A stretch of DNA of 64,000 nt from an uncultured Clostridia bacterium (GTDB lineage Bacteria; Bacillota; Clostridia; Christensenellales; UBA1242): the NCBI GenBank assembly GCA_944381205.1, contig CALWKG010000004.1, positions 28,868-92,867 on the forward strand, in the 5' to 3' direction. The notes beneath the pieces are model-generated. The model worked only from the letters and a program-made list of their open reading frames with translations. It was not told the DNA's origin and ran no database searches. The first letter of the stretch is position 1. Every line of letters starts with the position of its first letter. Below are positions 61,438 to 64,000 of the stretch, piece after piece. The translations under genes and the position numbers were made by a program.

Positions 61438-62268
61438 GTGAAATATAAAAGACTAATAATTTTATTAATTTTTCTCTTTATACCATTTTTTACTAGTTGT
61501 ACAAACGATACCCCCAACGACCAACAGGTTTTTGGTGTGTGGTGGTGGGATAGTAGTCTTGGTGACGAATATTTAACCTTTGCCAAAAATAATGGAGTAA
61601 ACGAAATTTATTATTGTGAAAACAATTTAGACGAAAAATCGTCTAGGTTTATTGAAAGTGCAAACAAATTAGATATAAAAGTTTATTGGCTTATAGGTGA
61701 TGTAGATTGGTTGCATAATTACAATCTTTTGTATGACGAAATTGAAAGGTATATAGAATATAACAAAAATAACTCATCAAATCAGTATAGCGGGGTTCAC
61801 CTTGATATTGAACCGCACCAAGATGACAACTTTGATAATGATAGGTATATGCTAATATATAATTTGATTGAGATTGCAAATAATTTGCAAATTAAATACC
61901 CAAATATTAAATTTGACTACGATATCCCTTTCTGGCTGGAAGATGAGATAGATTTCAATGGTGTTAAAAAAAGTGCGTATAAGCATCTGTTTGATATTTC
62001 TAATCGGATTTTTTTAATGAGTTATAGAGATAGTTGCGAAGGAATGTTAGACGTATCCAAAGAAGAAATTTCTTATGCAACTGAAATAAATAAAACAGTT
62101 GTCTTAGGGGCAGAAACCGCTAAAAGTAGTGAAGGAGATAACATTACATACTATGAAGAAGGCTTCTCCTACTTAAAATCTCAAATTAATTTGTTAAAGA
62201 GTAAATTGCCAAAAAATTCTGGGGTTTCAATTCATCATATTTTAAGTTGGTATCAATTAAAGCCATAA
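61438..62268 (+). CDS. Putative lipoprotein, possibly a TIM-barrel glycoside-hydrolase-like fold
   Basis: Signal peptide with lipobox-like FFTSC. GTG start. The family call is weak. Confidence 0.55.
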   Translation: MKYKRLIILLIFLFIPFFTSCTNDTPNDQQVFGVWWWDSSLGDEYLTFAKNNGVNEIYYCENNLDEKSSRFIESANKLDIKVYWLIGDVDWLHNYNLLYDEIERYIEYNKNNSSNQYSGVHLDIEPHQDDNFDNDRYMLIYNLIEIANNLQIKYPNIKFDYDIPFWLEDEIDFNGVKKSAYKHLFDISNRIFLMSYRDSCEGMLDVSKEEISYATEINKTVVLGAETAKSSEGDNITYYEEGFSYLKSQINLLKSKLPKNSGVSIHHILSWYQLKP

Positions 62269-62362
62269 AAATGATAAAAACTTGTAGATTATTTTTAAAT
62301 TATTTGATATTCTGTTTTTCAGATAAAAATTTTATTTTTCTTAATAGGTAAGTTAACACAAA

Positions 62363-63151
62363 ATGGATAAAGGTATTAGTTTTTATTTTGGATTTGAGTC
62401 CGACCCCTTTTTACGTGCAAAAAAAATTAAAGATGTCGGCTTTGATTGTATTATTACTAATGCAGATAAAAAGTTCAATAGCCAAAACGGCTCAATTTCT
62501 ACGCAGGTAAAGGCGGCAAAACTAGCAGGATTAAAACTTTCTAGCCTGCATATGAGTTATAATGCAGACGAGTTGCATTATTTTTGGGAAAAGGGATTTA
62601 AAGGTTGGTTGTTAAAGAAAAAGTTAATTAAGGACGTAAAGATAGCCCATAAGTACGGCTTTAAGTGCGTGGTTGTTCATTTGCAAGGGGAATATTCTCC
62701 TGTGGGCGAAAAACGGCTCCGTCAGGTTTTAGACGTATGCGATAAGTTAAATGTCTGCCTTGCAATAGAAAATTTAAGACACTATGATGTTTTTTTTGAA
62801 ACTTTTAAAAATATAAAGCACAATAAACTTAGGTTTAATCTAGATACCGGGCATAATAATTGTTTTGACAGGGGTTTTGATTACTTTAAATCTTTTGGTG
62901 ATAAGTTAATTTCTTTGCATCTTCACGATAATGATGGAACTTTTGACCAACACACCCTAACTTGTTTTAGCGGAAATATTAATTGGGACAATATTGCAAA
63001 AAATTTGGCGAAGCACCCTAATATATCACTGGACTACGAAATCTTCTGTAAAAAGGCATATAATTTAACAGAAGATGAATACCTTAAACTTGCAATTGAA
63101 CAGGCAAGGGGATTTGAAAAATTAATTTCTAGTTATCAAAATAAAAATTGA
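62363..63151 (+). CDS. Sugar phosphate isomerase/epimerase (xylose isomerase-like TIM barrel)
   Basis: Metal-site pattern VVHLQG..., ENL, LDTGH, LHLHDNDGTFDQH. Confidence 0.75.
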   Translation: MDKGISFYFGFESDPFLRAKKIKDVGFDCIITNADKKFNSQNGSISTQVKAAKLAGLKLSSLHMSYNADELHYFWEKGFKGWLLKKKLIKDVKIAHKYGFKCVVVHLQGEYSPVGEKRLRQVLDVCDKLNVCLAIENLRHYDVFFETFKNIKHNKLRFNLDTGHNNCFDRGFDYFKSFGDKLISLHLHDNDGTFDQHTLTCFSGNINWDNIAKNLAKHPNISLDYEIFCKKAYNLTEDEYLKLAIEQARGFEKLISSYQNKN

Positions 63152-63295
63152 TAAAAAACTAGTAATAAATTAAATAATAGGATAAGAAAATTGTTAAAAT
63201 AGATATCAATTATTAACAAAAAAATATCTTATTATTTTTTTTATTTTACATATTTCAAAGAAGAAAAAAACATATAATGATTTTATCGTTCTATT

Positions 63296-63445
63296 TTGAG
63301 ATATTTCGCCTGCTTTTCTCTGTTGGTCGGCTATCAGAATGTCGCTCACACGTGATTGTAAGTTGCAACGAAAATACTAACTTATTTGCGTACGCAACAC
63401 GGACAATCACTATTCGCCATGTCACAACTTGTGATATTTAATTTT
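63296..63445. repeat. Mosaic repeat cluster R8 (reversed A remnant plus module D)
   Basis: D hairpin copy at 63343-63417, preceded by ...CTATCAGAATGTCG, the same junction as at 15085-15104. Confidence 0.8.
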
Positions 63446-63483
63446 ACTTATAGGTTTTTAATCCCTAGATTATTACAAATATT

Positions 63484-63999
63484 TTAAAATGCTATAATTT
63501 CAACTTGTGCTTCGATACTAATTTTTGCTTTTAATAAGTCTTTACTTATTCCGTCATAATAATTTTGGTATTTTGTTTCACAAGAATATACATAATCTTC
63601 TTTTAGTTTAATTAAATTAATCTCTGTTTTGTTGAGCAATTTTTGTGCCTTTTGCATTGATTTTTCTATCGCCATTGATAAAACTTCATCATATTTTGCG
63701 TCATATTCTTTTAGTTTGTAATTGATTGAATTTGTTTTTCCGCCGTTTTCTTGAATTATGTCTATAATTTCATATAAATTTTCTAGGTTATCAATATAAA
63801 TATTTAGGTTTGTACAAGTCCTTGTACCACATAAGTTATTGATAAAACCTTCACGAGTTAAATAGTTGTTAGAATACCCAATTTCAATATTATCTTTGCC
63901 TATCCCATTTTTTTCAAGGCTATCAACAATTTTGTTGACAATGTCCCTGTTTTTGTTGTTTGAAACAGCCTTATCTAAATCTAATGTATCCACCTGCAC
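63484..63999 (-). CDS. SIMPL/DUF541-like protein, probably N-terminally truncated by the window end
   Basis: C-terminal pattern (...AIEKSMQKAQKLL...ISIEAQVEIIAF) resembles SIMPL-domain proteins. The track start is a GTG at the window edge. Confidence 0.45.
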   Translation of the reverse strand: MQVDTLDLDKAVSNNKNRDIVNKIVDSLEKNGIGKDNIEIGYSNNYLTREGFINNLCGTRTCTNLNIYIDNLENLYEIIDIIQENGGKTNSINYKLKEYDAKYDEVLSMAIEKSMQKAQKLLNKTEINLIKLKEDYVYSCETKYQNYYDGISKDLLKAKISIEAQVEIIAF

Positions 64000-64000
64000 T

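Noticed and set aside
61386-61586. 66-aa minus-strand ORF
   Set aside because: It is antisense to the signal-peptide region of the lipoprotein gene and has no independent support.

Overview
This is an origin-proximal chromosomal window from a low-GC, apparently spore-forming Firmicute (Clostridia-like; yabP/yabQ and a BclA-like collagen protein are present). All calls come from reading the sequence and the ORF track by eye; no searches or folding programs were run.

Gene content: the left third (3.6-18.9 kb) is the conserved origin block on the minus strand: parB, parA, rsmG, mnmG, mnmE, jag, yidC, yidD, rnpA, rpmH, one unknown gene, dnaN and dnaA. At about 19 kb coding polarity flips to the plus strand with recF, gyrB and gyrA. 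After that come yabP-yabQ-divIC-like, queH, a P-type ATPase with a TetR regulator, pyk, tRNA-Val, greA, tRNA-Arg, a glmU(C-domain only)-glmM-glmS operon, ispH, a pseudouridine synthase, dnaB(DnaD-like)-dnaI, a collagen-like exosporium-type protein, tsaC/sua5, acetyltransferases, an uncharacterised three-gene operon followed by reverse rubrerythrin, a glycosyltransferase with a flippase, and a split aconitase-X pair. I saw no rRNA, CRISPR array, transposase or integrase.

Most unusual features, all non-coding:
- A modular family of hairpin-forming repeats fills at least eight intergenic regions.
- dnaA-dnaN is inverted relative to the canonical rpmH/dnaA-dnaN-recF-gyrBA order and is bracketed by these repeats.
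- A 3-kb AT-rich gene desert 3' of parB carries four consensus parS sites in a tandem array, a roughly 33-bp phased repeat array and microsatellites.
- An iteron-like TATCAAC array lies between rpmH and dnaN.

On the coding side, a stand-alone GlmU acetyltransferase domain and the unknown operon at 52.7-55.7 kb merit follow-up.
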